Assembly: GCA_963514005.1 (NCBI GenBank)
Contig: OY740814.1
Location: 13,392,001-13,456,000, forward strand
Direction of reading: 5' to 3'
DNA: 64,000 bases
Origin: Raja brachyura
Lineage: Eukaryota
Notes under the pieces: generated by a model
What the model was told of the DNA's origin: nothing
The model's database searches: none
What the model saw: the letters and a program-made list of their open reading frames with translations, nothing else
Translations under genes and position numbers: made by a program
Shown here: piece after piece, positions 35,693 through 47,800 of the stretch
Layout of the letters: every line of letters begins with the position of its first letter
How positions within the stretch are numbered: position 1 is the first letter of the stretch

Positions 35693-37752
35693 GTGTTCTT
35701 TTAAAAAAATATATAGTTGCTTTGAAATAAATTAATTGCTAATTCTCTAAGTCGGCTGCTACTGCACTTCTGTTATCATTAATTCTGTTTTAAAGTGGTC
35801 CATTTGTTCTGGATTTGATATTTTTGTTTTGACAACCTTCAGCACCATTAACACCTGAATTGGAAAATTCAACTTGGTTCTGTTTGTAACCATAACAGAT
35901 TATGTAACAGTGTAAACTTCATTTCTGGTCGAAGTGTAATGCTGATGTTGTTAAATGTTTCTATTGTTCATGTGTCAAACTTTCTATGTCATGTACAAGA
36001 TCTAATTTTTAATTATTTTATTTGTTTCCAACATTTTCTTTCTATTGTATACAGCAGGTTTGACAACATGAATGCATAGGTAATCAGAATTACAGCTTTA
36101 AATTTATAACCAGTCATCAGATTGGGGAAGAATTTGGAGGGGAAACTAGTTTTAAGATCCGGATGAAAAGCTGGGGGTGAGGAAAAAACAAGATGAAAGC
36201 ACTGAGAATAGGAGGTATTAAATAAAAAATTAAAGGTGCAATATAAAGACCATAGTGGAATAATGTTCATGTTGCACTGTGTAAACAAAACCATTTGTAA
36301 TAATAGAAGTAAATACTGTTGACACTGGAAATATGAAATTAAAACAGTACACTAAAAATGCTAATGATCAGTCATTGAGCATTGAATGTGGAAGCTGGGA
36401 GTCTGCCACAATGGAAATGAGATGCTATTTATTGAGCTTCATTGGACTGCAGTAGAAGAGAATGAGGATTGAAGAATTAGAGTGAGGGGTGACTGGAAGC
36501 TTTGGGCATATTTGATGAGACCATAGAGGTATACTCCAAAAAAAAAAGCACTCTACCCCTAATGTGGCAACAAAGGCCAGCTTTTGCACCTCCTGCAGCT
36601 ACAAAAGAAAGTCTTGTGGAAAAATGAAATGGAAAGAGTGAACCAGACTTTTCTCAGAGGAAATGATTCCAACAGAATGGTGCCAAAGTGGCGTGATGGT
36701 GGTCAAATATTTAGCTGAAGTAATACATGTAGCCATCAGGTGAAGCTACCATTATAACAACTGTCAGCCAACCCCCACAAATAAATGGTTAGTGTCCTTA
36801 ACACAGTGGAACTTTCTTGTGTCCTATGACATGATTGCCCCTGACCTGAAAATACCCCTAATGCTTTCTTCAGAGTGAACAAATATACCACTCACTGAAT
36901 ATTGATGCCTTAGTCATACAATATAGTAACTGGCCACAATATGTTTGCCTACCATCCGTCTGAAGAAGAGTCTTGACCTGAAATGTCACCCTTACCTTCT
37001 CTCCAGAGATGCTGCCTGTCACACTGAGTTACTCCAGAATTTTGTATCTACCTTCGATTTAAACCAGCATCTGCAGTTCTTTCTGATCATCAACCTCCAA
37101 CCCCAGGATCAAAATGTTCACTAAACACTTTCATTGTAGACACCACTGCTATTAGAATCATACAGGAATTTGTGATGGCCCATATTCCTTTAAACCTTTC
37201 CTCTCCAAGTACCTGTCCAAATGATTGGTAAACTGTTACTGTACCTGCCTTGACTACTTCCCTCTGTAGTGGTTTTCAAAACGTCGACTATCCATGTCCA
37301 CCAGACCAGAGATGCTGCCTGGTGTGAGTTACTCCAGTACTTTTATGTTCTAGGCAAAATACCAACATCTGCAGTTCTCCGTGTCTCCCAAGTTATTTTA
37401 AATGGTAGTCGAATGAAACATAACGACTTTGCATTGTAAGCACTCTATGAATCTATGTGGCTGTGTTGCGCATATTACTGCACCTCGTCGTATTTGCGCA
37501 TTTGACAAACTCGACGACTTGATAAATAGTCCTTGGGATTAGCAACTCTTGGTTATTTTGTTTCCTCGTATGTTTTGAATCCATGGTTCTCAATCTCTGG
37601 GCGTGGGTGTTTTTGTCTTGCGGGGAGAATAAAGTAGCTCCAGTGTATGATTAAAATGAGTGGGGGCATGTGGGTCAGCACGGACTGGGTGGGCCGAAGG
37701 GCCTGTCTTTGTGACGTCTGATGCTGTGAACTCCCGCACTAACCGCTGCAGA

Positions 37753-37958
37753 GATAGACGCCAAATGCTGGAGTAACTCAGCGGGACAGACAGACAGACA
37801 GCACCTCTGAAGAGAAGGAATGGGTGACGTTTCGGGTCGAGACCCTTCTTCAGACTGGGGAGACTTCAAATCTGAGGAAACGCCGCCCATTCCTTCTCTC
37901 CAGGGACGCTGCTGCTGCTGCCTGTCCCGCTGAGTTACTCCAGCATTTGGCGTCTATC
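37753..37958. mobile_element. Penelope-derived palindrome at the INTS14 promoter
   Basis: 37-bp perfect inverted arms at 37753-37789 and 37922-37958, plus inner imperfect arms. Confidence 0.85.
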
Positions 37959-37959
37959 A

Positions 37960-38230
37960 TCGGTGTGACCCGGCATCTGCGGGCGGGCGGACGGTTTATT
38001 GAAGGGAACGGAAGGGAAGGGGAGGCCCTGGACCGGATGTTATGCGCGGGACCGAGTGGCTCCCGAGCAAAGATACTAGAGGAGCCGGTCTAGTATCTTT
38101 GCTCCCGAGCTCACGGTCCAGGCGGCGGAGAGCGACGCCCCGGGCTCCGGGTAAGTGCGAACACACGTCCTCAGCTCAGCTCCCGGGGAATCACCGGCTT
38201 CCACTACACCACCCACACCCCGGTACTACA
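37960..38230 (+). promoter_or_regulatory. INTS14: INTS14 CpG-island promoter and non-coding exon 1 (donor at 38151)
   Basis: CpG-dense; GC boxes GGGCGGGCGG near 37981; ETS-like CCGGATGT at 38033; strong donor CGG|gtaagt at 38150/38151; exon 2 acceptor ttgcag at 38617. Exact TSS not visible. Confidence 0.75.
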
Positions 38231-38259
38231 GTATCAACAGGTCTTTCCATATCAACGGC

Positions 38260-38455
38260 TCCCCCCTCTGTATCTGCTGGTCCCCCTCTGTATCTGCTGT
38301 GTACCCATCCTTGTATATGCTACTTCCTCGCCCCCCCCCCCCCCCCCGCAGTATCTGCTGTTCTACCTCTGTGTCTGCTGCTCTGCCCCTCCCATATCTT
38401 CTGCTCTCCCTGCCCTGTATCTGCTGCTCTCCTGCCATATCCACTGCTCTCGTAT
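38260..38455 (+). repeat. Degenerate C-rich minisatellite (unit like CCCCTCTGTATCTGCTG) in INTS14 intron 1
   Basis: About 7-8 diverged copies of tgtatctgctg separated by C tracts. Confidence 0.7.
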
Positions 38456-38662
38456 TCCCACCACCCACTCCTTCAGCTGCTTGCCTCCCATCGCCATCCT
38501 CCCAATGCATGATCAGCAAGCTCGTTCCTTCGCCCATTCCATGTCCCATCGTGCTCCCTTTTGTCCGGTTCGGCAACACCTAATGTCAGTATAATTATGT
38601 TGTACATTTGATTGCAGCAAATCTGAACCCTGCTGGCGTGAGTGGAAGTCTCATCAGAAACC

Positions 38663-38884
38663 ATGCCGACTGTGGTGCTATTGGATGTTTCTCTCTCCAT
38701 GACTCGCCCTGTCACCATGGAGGGGGTCGAGGAATATCAGCGCAAACACTTGGCTGCTCATGGACTCAGCATGCTCTTTGAACATATGGCGACCAGTTAC
38801 AAATTGGAATTCACTTGCCTTGTGGCTTTCTCCTCTCTCTGGGAGCTAATGGTTCCATTCACCAGGGATTACAACACTCTTCAG
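38663..38884 (+). CDS. INTS14: INTS14 coding exon 1
   Basis: aaaccATG; ends NTLQ|gtggga. Confidence 0.96.
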
Positions 38885-41800
38885 GTGGGACAAGAACAAT
38901 TTCAGAAAAATAAATTGTGGATCTACCGTGTCCAATGATAAAAATGCATTTAATAAAAATACGAAGTTAAATATAAATAAAATGCCACATTACTTGGGAG
39001 GACCACCACCCCTATCTTTGGGCTGGATTGCTGGTGTGAAATAATCATCTCATCAGTGGGTAGGGGATATTAAACCACAGAGCACATTAGTCATGTCAAG
39101 CCAAACATAGCACAGCACAGGAACCATTCCTTCAGCCCACGATGTCTGTACTGACCTAGACCATCAATATAAACTACACATTACAAATGTGTCCTAAACA
39201 AACTTTTATACAGTTGCAATGCAACTTCCTGACTTTATTACTCAATGCATGACTGCTGGTTACTGTATACATTGCTCTTTGACCTAAAAAGCAACACCTC
39301 AACTTGTCTGGATTAAACTCCATCTGCCATTTCTCTGCCCATATTTTCAAGTGATCAGTATCCTGCTGTACCCATTATAAGGATGTAAACATTGTAATTG
39401 AACATTCTCACTGTCCACAACTCTGAAATTGTCACGTGAGTTGATTTGCAGCTTTCCAAATCAACTCACCAATGTTTTCATCCAAACCATTTATATATGT
39501 ATCACAAACAATAGTGTATGGTTGTATATCTGCTCTATGATAGTTTATTTGTGTTCAACCAGGATTGACTCCCCTCAGTTACTGTCCTTTAGCCAGAATT
39601 GGGAAGTGTATTCATGCACTTTTGGGCATGAAACAATGTGGTAAAATGCAGTGCTCCTGGACCAGAACGGTCTAAGGACTCTGGATTTCATGGCTTACAT
39701 CCCTTGAGAAAGAGACTGTTCATTTACTGGAAATACCTGCAGTTGTCCATAGAGATCTAACAGTCAGATTGGGTATATCTGCATAACGTTATTTTCCTTT
39801 CACATTTATAATACTGGCAAGGATTATTATAAACAGAATATGCAGGTATTTGACTTTCTAGTCAGAAATCCAGGTGCTAGCTGCAACCCTGAAAATTCTC
39901 ATTGTTTTATCAACTTCATGGTCTTGCCCATTGTAATCTGCTCCAGCCTGTAATCCTTTACAATCTCACTGTTATACTTCCACTAGCTTGAATATTCTTA
40001 ATTTGAATTGCTGCAACCCACAGCATTTTTGTTCACATGCCCATATAGTTCAGTGTCTTTAATACCTGAAATCTTCGGTTTGATGCTTGCCCTTTCTAAC
40101 CACACTGATCGCTTACAGGAGTCATTGAGCACCGTGGATGACTATGACAAGACCTGCCTCGAGTCTGCTCTTACGGGGGTCAGCAACATTGTGCAGGATG
40201 AGTGGGGTGTCTGCATTCCCTGTCAGGTAACTGGACTTCCACTTTGTTTTACAGTAATGGTTTGACCACGCACCTGTTGAAATGTTTGGGAGTAATTCTG
40301 AAATGCGGCACGGTGGCGCAGTGAGAAACTTGCTGCCTTACAGCGCCAAAGACCCGGGTTCAATCCTGACTGGGCGCTGTCTCTACGAAGTTTGTACGTT
40401 CTCCCCGTGCCCTGCAAGGGTTTTCTCTGGGAACTCTGGTTTCCTCCCACACTCTAAAAACATTCAGGTTTGTAGGTTAAGTGGCTTGGTATAATTGTAA
40501 ATTGTCCCTAGTGTGTGCAGGATAGTGTTACTGTGCTGGGATTGCTGGTCGGCATGGACGCTGGGCCAAAGGGCCTGTTTGCCCAATGTATCTCAAACAA
40601 ATTTTTGATATTGAGTTTTCCTGCTGTTGATAAATTTAGGGATTTGATTAGGGCCTCTTGCTTTCAGGTTAAGGTGTGAAGAAAATGGACAAATAAATGG
40701 GCAGATGCATATAGTTCATCTTTTGAATGTGATGTGTTTGTAGACAGTGGTGGTTTGCTTCTGGAAGTTTGTATTGACCATCAGTGCTTATTCTGAGGTT
40801 GTGAGCTTGGGGTCTCGGGTATGGGGTCAAATAAAACAACTGCACACTAGGTTGTATTTCCATTAATGTATTGCCTTTGCGTTGACTTCAAAATATGGTG
40901 AGCAAGTTACGTTAGTTCCTTTCTTATGGCCTGAAATATGAGCGTGTGATTAATAATCTCTGTGACCTTCATTGACCCATTGCTCCCAGTGATTAAACCC
41001 ACCACAAATTCTGTAGTTCTTTGCAATAGTGGGAGGGCACTGGCACTGATGGCTGTACCATCATTCATTGAAGCATGGAAATCAAACTGTCCCAACCCTT
41101 TCATTCAAGCATGTTCTGGAAGAAATCAACTGTTGAACTGTTCCGGTCTCCGGTGTTCCACACTGATTCTGAGGCTGCTGGGTGTCAGTTAGCAGTCATT
41201 TTGTTTACCGCAATCATGCAGAAATCTTCAAGAATGTGACGTTGTAATGAGGTATCTTGCCCTGTAATAAAAACTGAAATTTACAATTTGCTGTTTCTAC
41301 CCTCTCTCCTACTGCAACATTTACTAATGAAATGGCTTTACTGTCTGATTGGAAGTTTGTTTTATTTTCCACAGGTGATCATTGTAACAGACGGGAGCCT
41401 GGGAATAGGTCGAGGATCCCTGCGCCACTCGCTGTCCATCCTCAACCAGCACTCCGAGGACAGCAAGTTCCCACTTCCCTTCCCATTTCCATCAAAGCTG
41501 TACATTATGTGCATCGCTAACCTAGAAGAGGTACGGCATACTGAGGGGAAATTGGACACTTTCATAGAAGAAGCACAAGGGAGAGAATGTATGTGAGACT
41601 AGCTTGGGGGTGGTTCTTTCATGTGAATATTTTTCCTTCACATTCATTTTGTTTTTCCAGCTTCAGAGCACAGACACCCTGGATGTTCTGGAATGTCTGA
41701 TAGATTTAAACAATGGTGAGGGGCAGATCTTCACTATCGATGGTCCTCTTTGCCTGAAAAATGTGCAGTCTATGTTTGGGTACGTGATTGTGTGAATCTG

Positions 41801-44800
41801 ACTGATTGGGTGCAGGCGATCTGAGTGATGCTTTGACACAAAGCGGGTGGATTGTGTTCTGATAGGGGGTTGCATGCAACACAATTCTCTGGTGCTGCAT
41901 GTCTAGAATAAATAATTTCTTGTTATCTCAATTCCACCGTGGTATCTGTGATGCATCATGGAGCACAACGATGTCTCTTTTTGTTATACCGTAGGAAACT
42001 GATTGACCAAGCCTACTCTCCGTTTCATGCCGTGCTGAAGTGTGGGCATCTGGTTTCTGATATGCAGATGTTTCCGAGACCAGAACCTGTCATAATTGAT
42101 GAAGAACTGGAGCCCATGCCTAAAAGTATCAATACAGGTGTGTTTTAGATTCAGAGTTGTACAGTACAGAAACCGACCCTTCGGCCCAACTTGGCCATGC
42201 CGAAGGTGATGCCAATCACGCCTGGCCCCATTTTCTCACTTTTGGCCTATTTCCCTCTAGTCGTTTCCTATCCAAGTACTTACCTAAATGTCTTATACTG
42301 CAATTATATCTGTCTCGAACGCGCCCTCTGGCAGTATGTTCCTTATAATTGCCACTCTATGTGAAAATCTTACCCCTCAGGTCTAGTTTAAATTTTGCCC
42401 CTCTTATCTTAAGCCTGTGTCTAGTTTTAGATTCCGCCATCCCAGGAAAAAGACCCTTTCAAATCCCTTATTATTGTGTAAACCTCAATAAGATCACCTC
42501 TCAGCCTTCTATGTTCCAATAAGAATTCCAATCTATCCTACCTCAGAATATCAGCATGCTCCTCCCCTAACTCACCTTCTTCCACATCCTTCTCCCTGTT
42601 GAATAGCAATAACAAGTCATTTAGGAACTCGCTCTTGTTCCTGGCTCCACACATAGATTTCCATTTTGGTCTTGAAGGTAACCTACTCTTTTCCTAGCTA
42701 TCCTGTGGTTTATTAAAGATTTGGGGATTATCCTTAATACTGCTTGCCAAGACTATGTCGGGTCCTTTTCTTCCCTCTTTGTTTCTTGCTCTCTCCTATA
42801 TCCCTTGTAAACATCAAATAACCCCAAGGGAATAAATCACCTATACCTGATACATGCTTCCTTCTTCTTTTTGATCAAACCTACAATTTCCTTTTTAAAC
42901 CAATATTCTCTATTCTTACAACTTTGCTACTTTTAGAAGAACATGCTGACTGAATTATTACGATCTTGCCTTTAAATTCTCCCCTTCCCCCACTGATCGG
43001 ATGTCGTTTTCCCTCAAGCAGCTGTTCCCAATCCGCTTTGGCAGACCCTGCTTTTGTTGTTGAAATCAGCCCTTTTTTTTAGGATTATAATAACATGCAA
43101 GGTGAGCATTTTGATGCTCACTTGTTAATTATCAGTTCTTACGATGATGGTATTTTGCAGACTTGCAGAGTGTGACCAATTTATCGAACTGCAGAGCAAA
43201 GAAGCATTCTCTTTAGCAGTACATTCAGTATATTGGCACTGTTTGCATACCTTGATACCTTTACCCTCCAGAATTCTATCATTTTGAAAGAACCTAAGAC
43301 TGAGCGTCCACAGAGATTCAGCTACCTCAATGATGTTGGATGTGATGATGTCTGGGGACAGGCATTGGACCATCTTAGTACGTTCATAGTAAACATTGTG
43401 TACTATCTTAACACTGTCCATGTCTATCCATGTTCCCTAGAGATGATGCCTGAACCACTGAGTTACTCCAGCACCTTGTGTCCTTTACTGTGTACTCTAA
43501 ATTCCAGGATTGCATGGAGAAAGGAAGTCCTGCTATTTTTTAAACAATTATTTTCTCTTTTTAGAGTTGGATATCGTAGGATTTATAAAGATCGCTGATA
43601 TTGCCAGTCCACCGGTCCTCTCTCGGCATTTGGTCTTACCTATAGCTCTGACTAAAGGTGAGGTGTTCCCTATTGATAGAGTATTCATAAAGTATTGAGT
43701 ATTGATAAATAGTACCAGATGCACTGGAGCATCCTATTGCTACTGGGGGCACAAAAAAAAAATTCACTCTAACTCAGAAGTTAGAGAAAGCAATGGAAGT
43801 GTTAAAGCTGTGAAATGCATGTCGGAGCTAATGCTGAAACTGAATCAAAAGGAGAATGTGGACATGCCCAACTGATCCAGCAGTGTGTGTGGCATGAGAA
43901 AAACATGCTACCATCTCACCTGGCTAACCTTTTGACGAATTGACTAGTTCTGATACAAACAGGAACCCAAGTCCCTGGAGCTGTGAGACAGTTGTACCAG
44001 AGGGGTTTTGCAGAACATTACTGCACAAATCACAAGTGGACCCTCTCAAAGGAGTATATTCATGTAGAAATCAATGCTCATCTCATGAGCCATTTCGTTC
44101 CGGAATAAGTCTGTGGTTCTTCGTTGGCCGTCCAACAGAGACCCTGCCTCAAGTCAATCTCTGCTGAGTGTGTCTTCCTGGTGTGAGCCAGAATTTGTGT
44201 TGTGACGATGGGAATGCAACAACTCTGCAGAGAGCGAAATGGAAATGGGGCCTAACAGATTTGAAATAAAGGTAGAAAATGCTGGAGAGTCAGCCAGTAA
44301 TTGTGGATAAAAACAAAGTTAACTTGCAAACTTGAAGGAGTGGGGCACTGTTATGTGATAATTTTTGTCTGTGTAGTATGTTTCTTTAGAAAGCAGAACG
44401 GTAACTGGGTGTTTCTTTTTCTTTGCCTTGTTAGAAGGCGATGATCTGGGAGGCGGTTTACCCGAAGAAACTGAAGATGAGAATTCTGCTTCTCAGATTG
44501 CGGGAAAGATGCCATCGTTTTGTGTCTTGCTACATGGCAGTCTGAAAGTGGAAGGGATGGTGGCCATCGTGCTGCTTGGGTGAGGAGCTTACAACCACAT
44601 CCTGTAAAATGACACCTTGTTTGAAAAACTCGCACTATGTACTGAGCAGGGCAAAGGACAAAGGACATTTATTGTCTCGTACACCAATTGGTGTAGTGAA
44701 ATTTGAGCTGCCATTTGCAGCACACCAATAAGAATAAAACACAACATTAAAGAATTTAACTTAATTAAATATCATGGAAAGATGTTATAATAATCCCTGC

Positions 44801-47800
44801 AATGTCAGGTGTGAAAGGGCCTGCAATAATAGAAAAATAGTTGGAATGTGAATTTGGACCTCAAAGTCCTCTTCATTAAATTGTACTGGACTAATGGTCG
44901 ATCACCTTCTAGAAAAGAGGAGGGAAATGAGAAGAGTTGTTTAATTTTCTCTGGCAAACCTGAATTCCAGCCTTGTTACATTCCCTTTGTGTGGGGGAAG
45001 GAATCCGACGTCATTCTCTTCAGCCCTGCTCACTGTGCTTACTGATCTGTGCACTCTCCACAAACCTTGTTTATTTTGGTCAAAGCGACTGACTGCATGA
45101 TCCAATCCTAACCTATAATTAGTATTTTTGGCTCGGTACTCATTAAAGAGAATGTCATTGCCTGTAATGACTCATGTACGGGGTAACGATTATGGCAAGC
45201 AATGGTAAATGGTAAAAATGGGAAATGTTGCACTTTAATCAATCCTAGTTTTGCCTCCGATTTCCACGTCTCATGCCTGATTCATTCCCTTTCCCCTCAC
45301 TGGAACCTGATGATTGTGCTTCACTGATTTGCTTGTCTGATAATGATGTTATGCGATTTGGTTTCCCCAGGCCAGACTGGTATGGGATGCTGTACTCACA
45401 GGCTGATAGCAAAAAGAAATCCAATCTGATGATGTCCTTGTTCGAGCCCGGTCCTGAGCCTCTCCCCTGGCTTGGTAAAATGTCACAGCTGGGACCCATT
45501 CTAGGTGAGTATGAAGTAGGATTTTCCTAAACCATTTTCACTGCATTTTCTCAACATTAAATCATAATTTTGGTTGATTTCAGGTGCTGAAGAAAACCCC
45601 TATGGTGAAGATGACAGCAGGAGCCCGTTTCCCCTTCAGCCACGGACGAAGCGCAGTTACGCTCAGAATGTGACCGTTTGGATTAAGCCTAGTGGACTAC
45701 AGGTTGGTACTGGGTGTCATTGTATGGTGGCCTGCAGGTTCATGAACTACCAATTAATGATTGGGCATGTGAGCATTTACCTTGATGTTTAAGGTGGTGC
45801 AGCGGTAGAGTTGCTGCCTTATAGTGCCAGAGACCCGGGTTCGATCCTGACTACGGGTACTGTTTGTGTGGAGTTTGCACGTATTCCCTGTGACCATGTA
45901 GGTTTTCTCCAGTTTCCTCCCACGCTCCAAAGACGAACAGGTTTGTAGGTTAATCAGCTTTGGTAAAAATTGTCCCTAGTGTGTAGGATAGTGTTAGTGT
46001 ATGGGGGTCGCTGATTGGCGCGGAATCAGTGGGCTGAAGGGCCTGTTTCCACACTGTATCTTTAAACAAACGTGAACTAAACTAACTATAATATCTCGAA
46101 AGAAAGAGTAGATCTCCACTGGGACCAAAATGTAATCTATGTATGAGCCAGGGGATATAAGACTGGCCTTAAATTAATATTTTTTGTAACTTATCTGAAA
46201 GTGGTTTCTCAAGTAGACAATATGGTGATGAAGGCATTTATCATGCTTGCCATCATTGGTCAGGGCATTGGGACTGGAGTTGCAATATCATGTTGTAACT
46301 GTACAAGTCGTTAGTGGGACCACACTTACACTGTCTGGTTGCCCAGTCATTAAGCATGAAAGGATGCAGATTAGATTCATGAGGATGTTATCGGGACTGG
46401 AGGGCTTAAGTTATTAGAGGCTGGATTGGCTGGGTCATTTTCCCTAAAGTGTAGGAATCTGATGAGTGATCTTATAGAGGTCTATAAAATCATGATGGCC
46501 AATTATAAGGTGGATGGGCAGCCCTTTTTCCAGGGTAGGGTAATCTAAAACTAGATTGCATTGTTTTAAGATGAGAGGGGTAAGATTTAAAAAGGACCTG
46601 AGGATCAATGTTTTCAGAGAGGGGGTTGCATATATGGAACGAGCTGTAAGAAGAAACTAGAGGTGGGTAGATTAACATTTAAAAGTCAATTGGACAGGTT
46701 TTTCAAACAGAGTAGTGGTATCTGGAGCAAGCTGCCAGAGGAGGTGATGGAGGCAGATGTAATCACGTTTAAAAGATGTTTGGACAAATACTTGTATAGA
46801 AAATGCATAGAGGGATACAGGCCAAATGTAAACAAATGGAAATACAAATAATGATATCCAATTAGCAAAGACGAGGTTGGGCCACATTACAGTGGCTGTA
46901 CGATTTTATGATGTGTGAAGAGACAATGGTTCACTTCATAAATTGGTGTTGGTATCAGTTTATGAAGTCTGCTGGTAAAGAGCAAAACCATATGCAGTTA
47001 CTGCATTTCTGTGGGACTCCTCCATTGCAGGCTCTAGATGAGGTCCGCTGTAAACTTTTCAGGCACCTGTATAATCCTTGCAGGGATTCATACCATTGGT
47101 AGCATCAACCAGACATCTGGAAATAGAAACATTTCTTAACATGTTCAGACCTAAATGTTGCCTATCGCTGGTCCTTGATCACTTCTTTCTCCTATCTTTA
47201 GACTGATGTTCAGAAGATTTTAAGAAATGCTCGGAAACTTCCAGAAAAAACACAGACATTCTACAAGGTAAATGGCTGATCCATAGAAAATTTGCGTTAA
47301 CTATTTTGGGCAGTCAATAATAAAACTGAAAGACAATAACAATGTCCAAGTCCTACATTTAAGCAACAGTACAGAGTATATTCATTGTACTTGGTTATTA
47401 AGCCTTGGCTACCCAGGTGGCCATCATTTGATAATTTTGTCACTGCAAATCTGGGGGTTTATCATTCACTGTGCTAACTGGAAAGGCAGCTATCTGCAGC
47501 AAAAATACTATATGAGCGCTCTGCACGTCGAGAGGGCACACAGCACATTTCACTCTAAAATAACAACAAACCTTTTCTGAAACTATGATTTATTTTTTTC
47601 TGCACCAGCATTTTGTCTTTTAGAGTGTCCTCCAAATTACATGTTGGAAATAGACATTGGAAACGCAAGAGTGCAAGAGCTTAGACACATTCACTTCTTT
47701 ACCTTGATTTTCACAGCTAAGCATTCGGAGGATTATCTTTCTCTATTGGTTTGTATCCTGTGGTAATTTACACTTAACGACTCGACGGGCCAAAGGGCCT

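Noticed and set aside
38042-38583. Pro-rich ORFs of 117-156 aa
   Set aside because: Low-complexity products of the CpG island and C-rich minisatellite spanning exon 1 and intron 1.
38642-38662. N-terminal extension of INTS14 from a GTG start
   Set aside because: ATG 38663 has a good Kozak context and gives the conserved MPTVV start and 518 aa; an in-frame TGA lies at the start of the exon.
40305-40380. tRNA genes at the SINE heads
   Set aside because: The A/B boxes continue into the V-domain and LINE-derived tail; these are SINEs, not cloverleaf tRNAs.
43130-43420. Possible C/D snoRNA or extra exon in an INTS14 intron (TGATGA motifs)
   Set aside because: No convincing terminal stem with a paired D box or guide element, and the INTS14 frame is complete without it.
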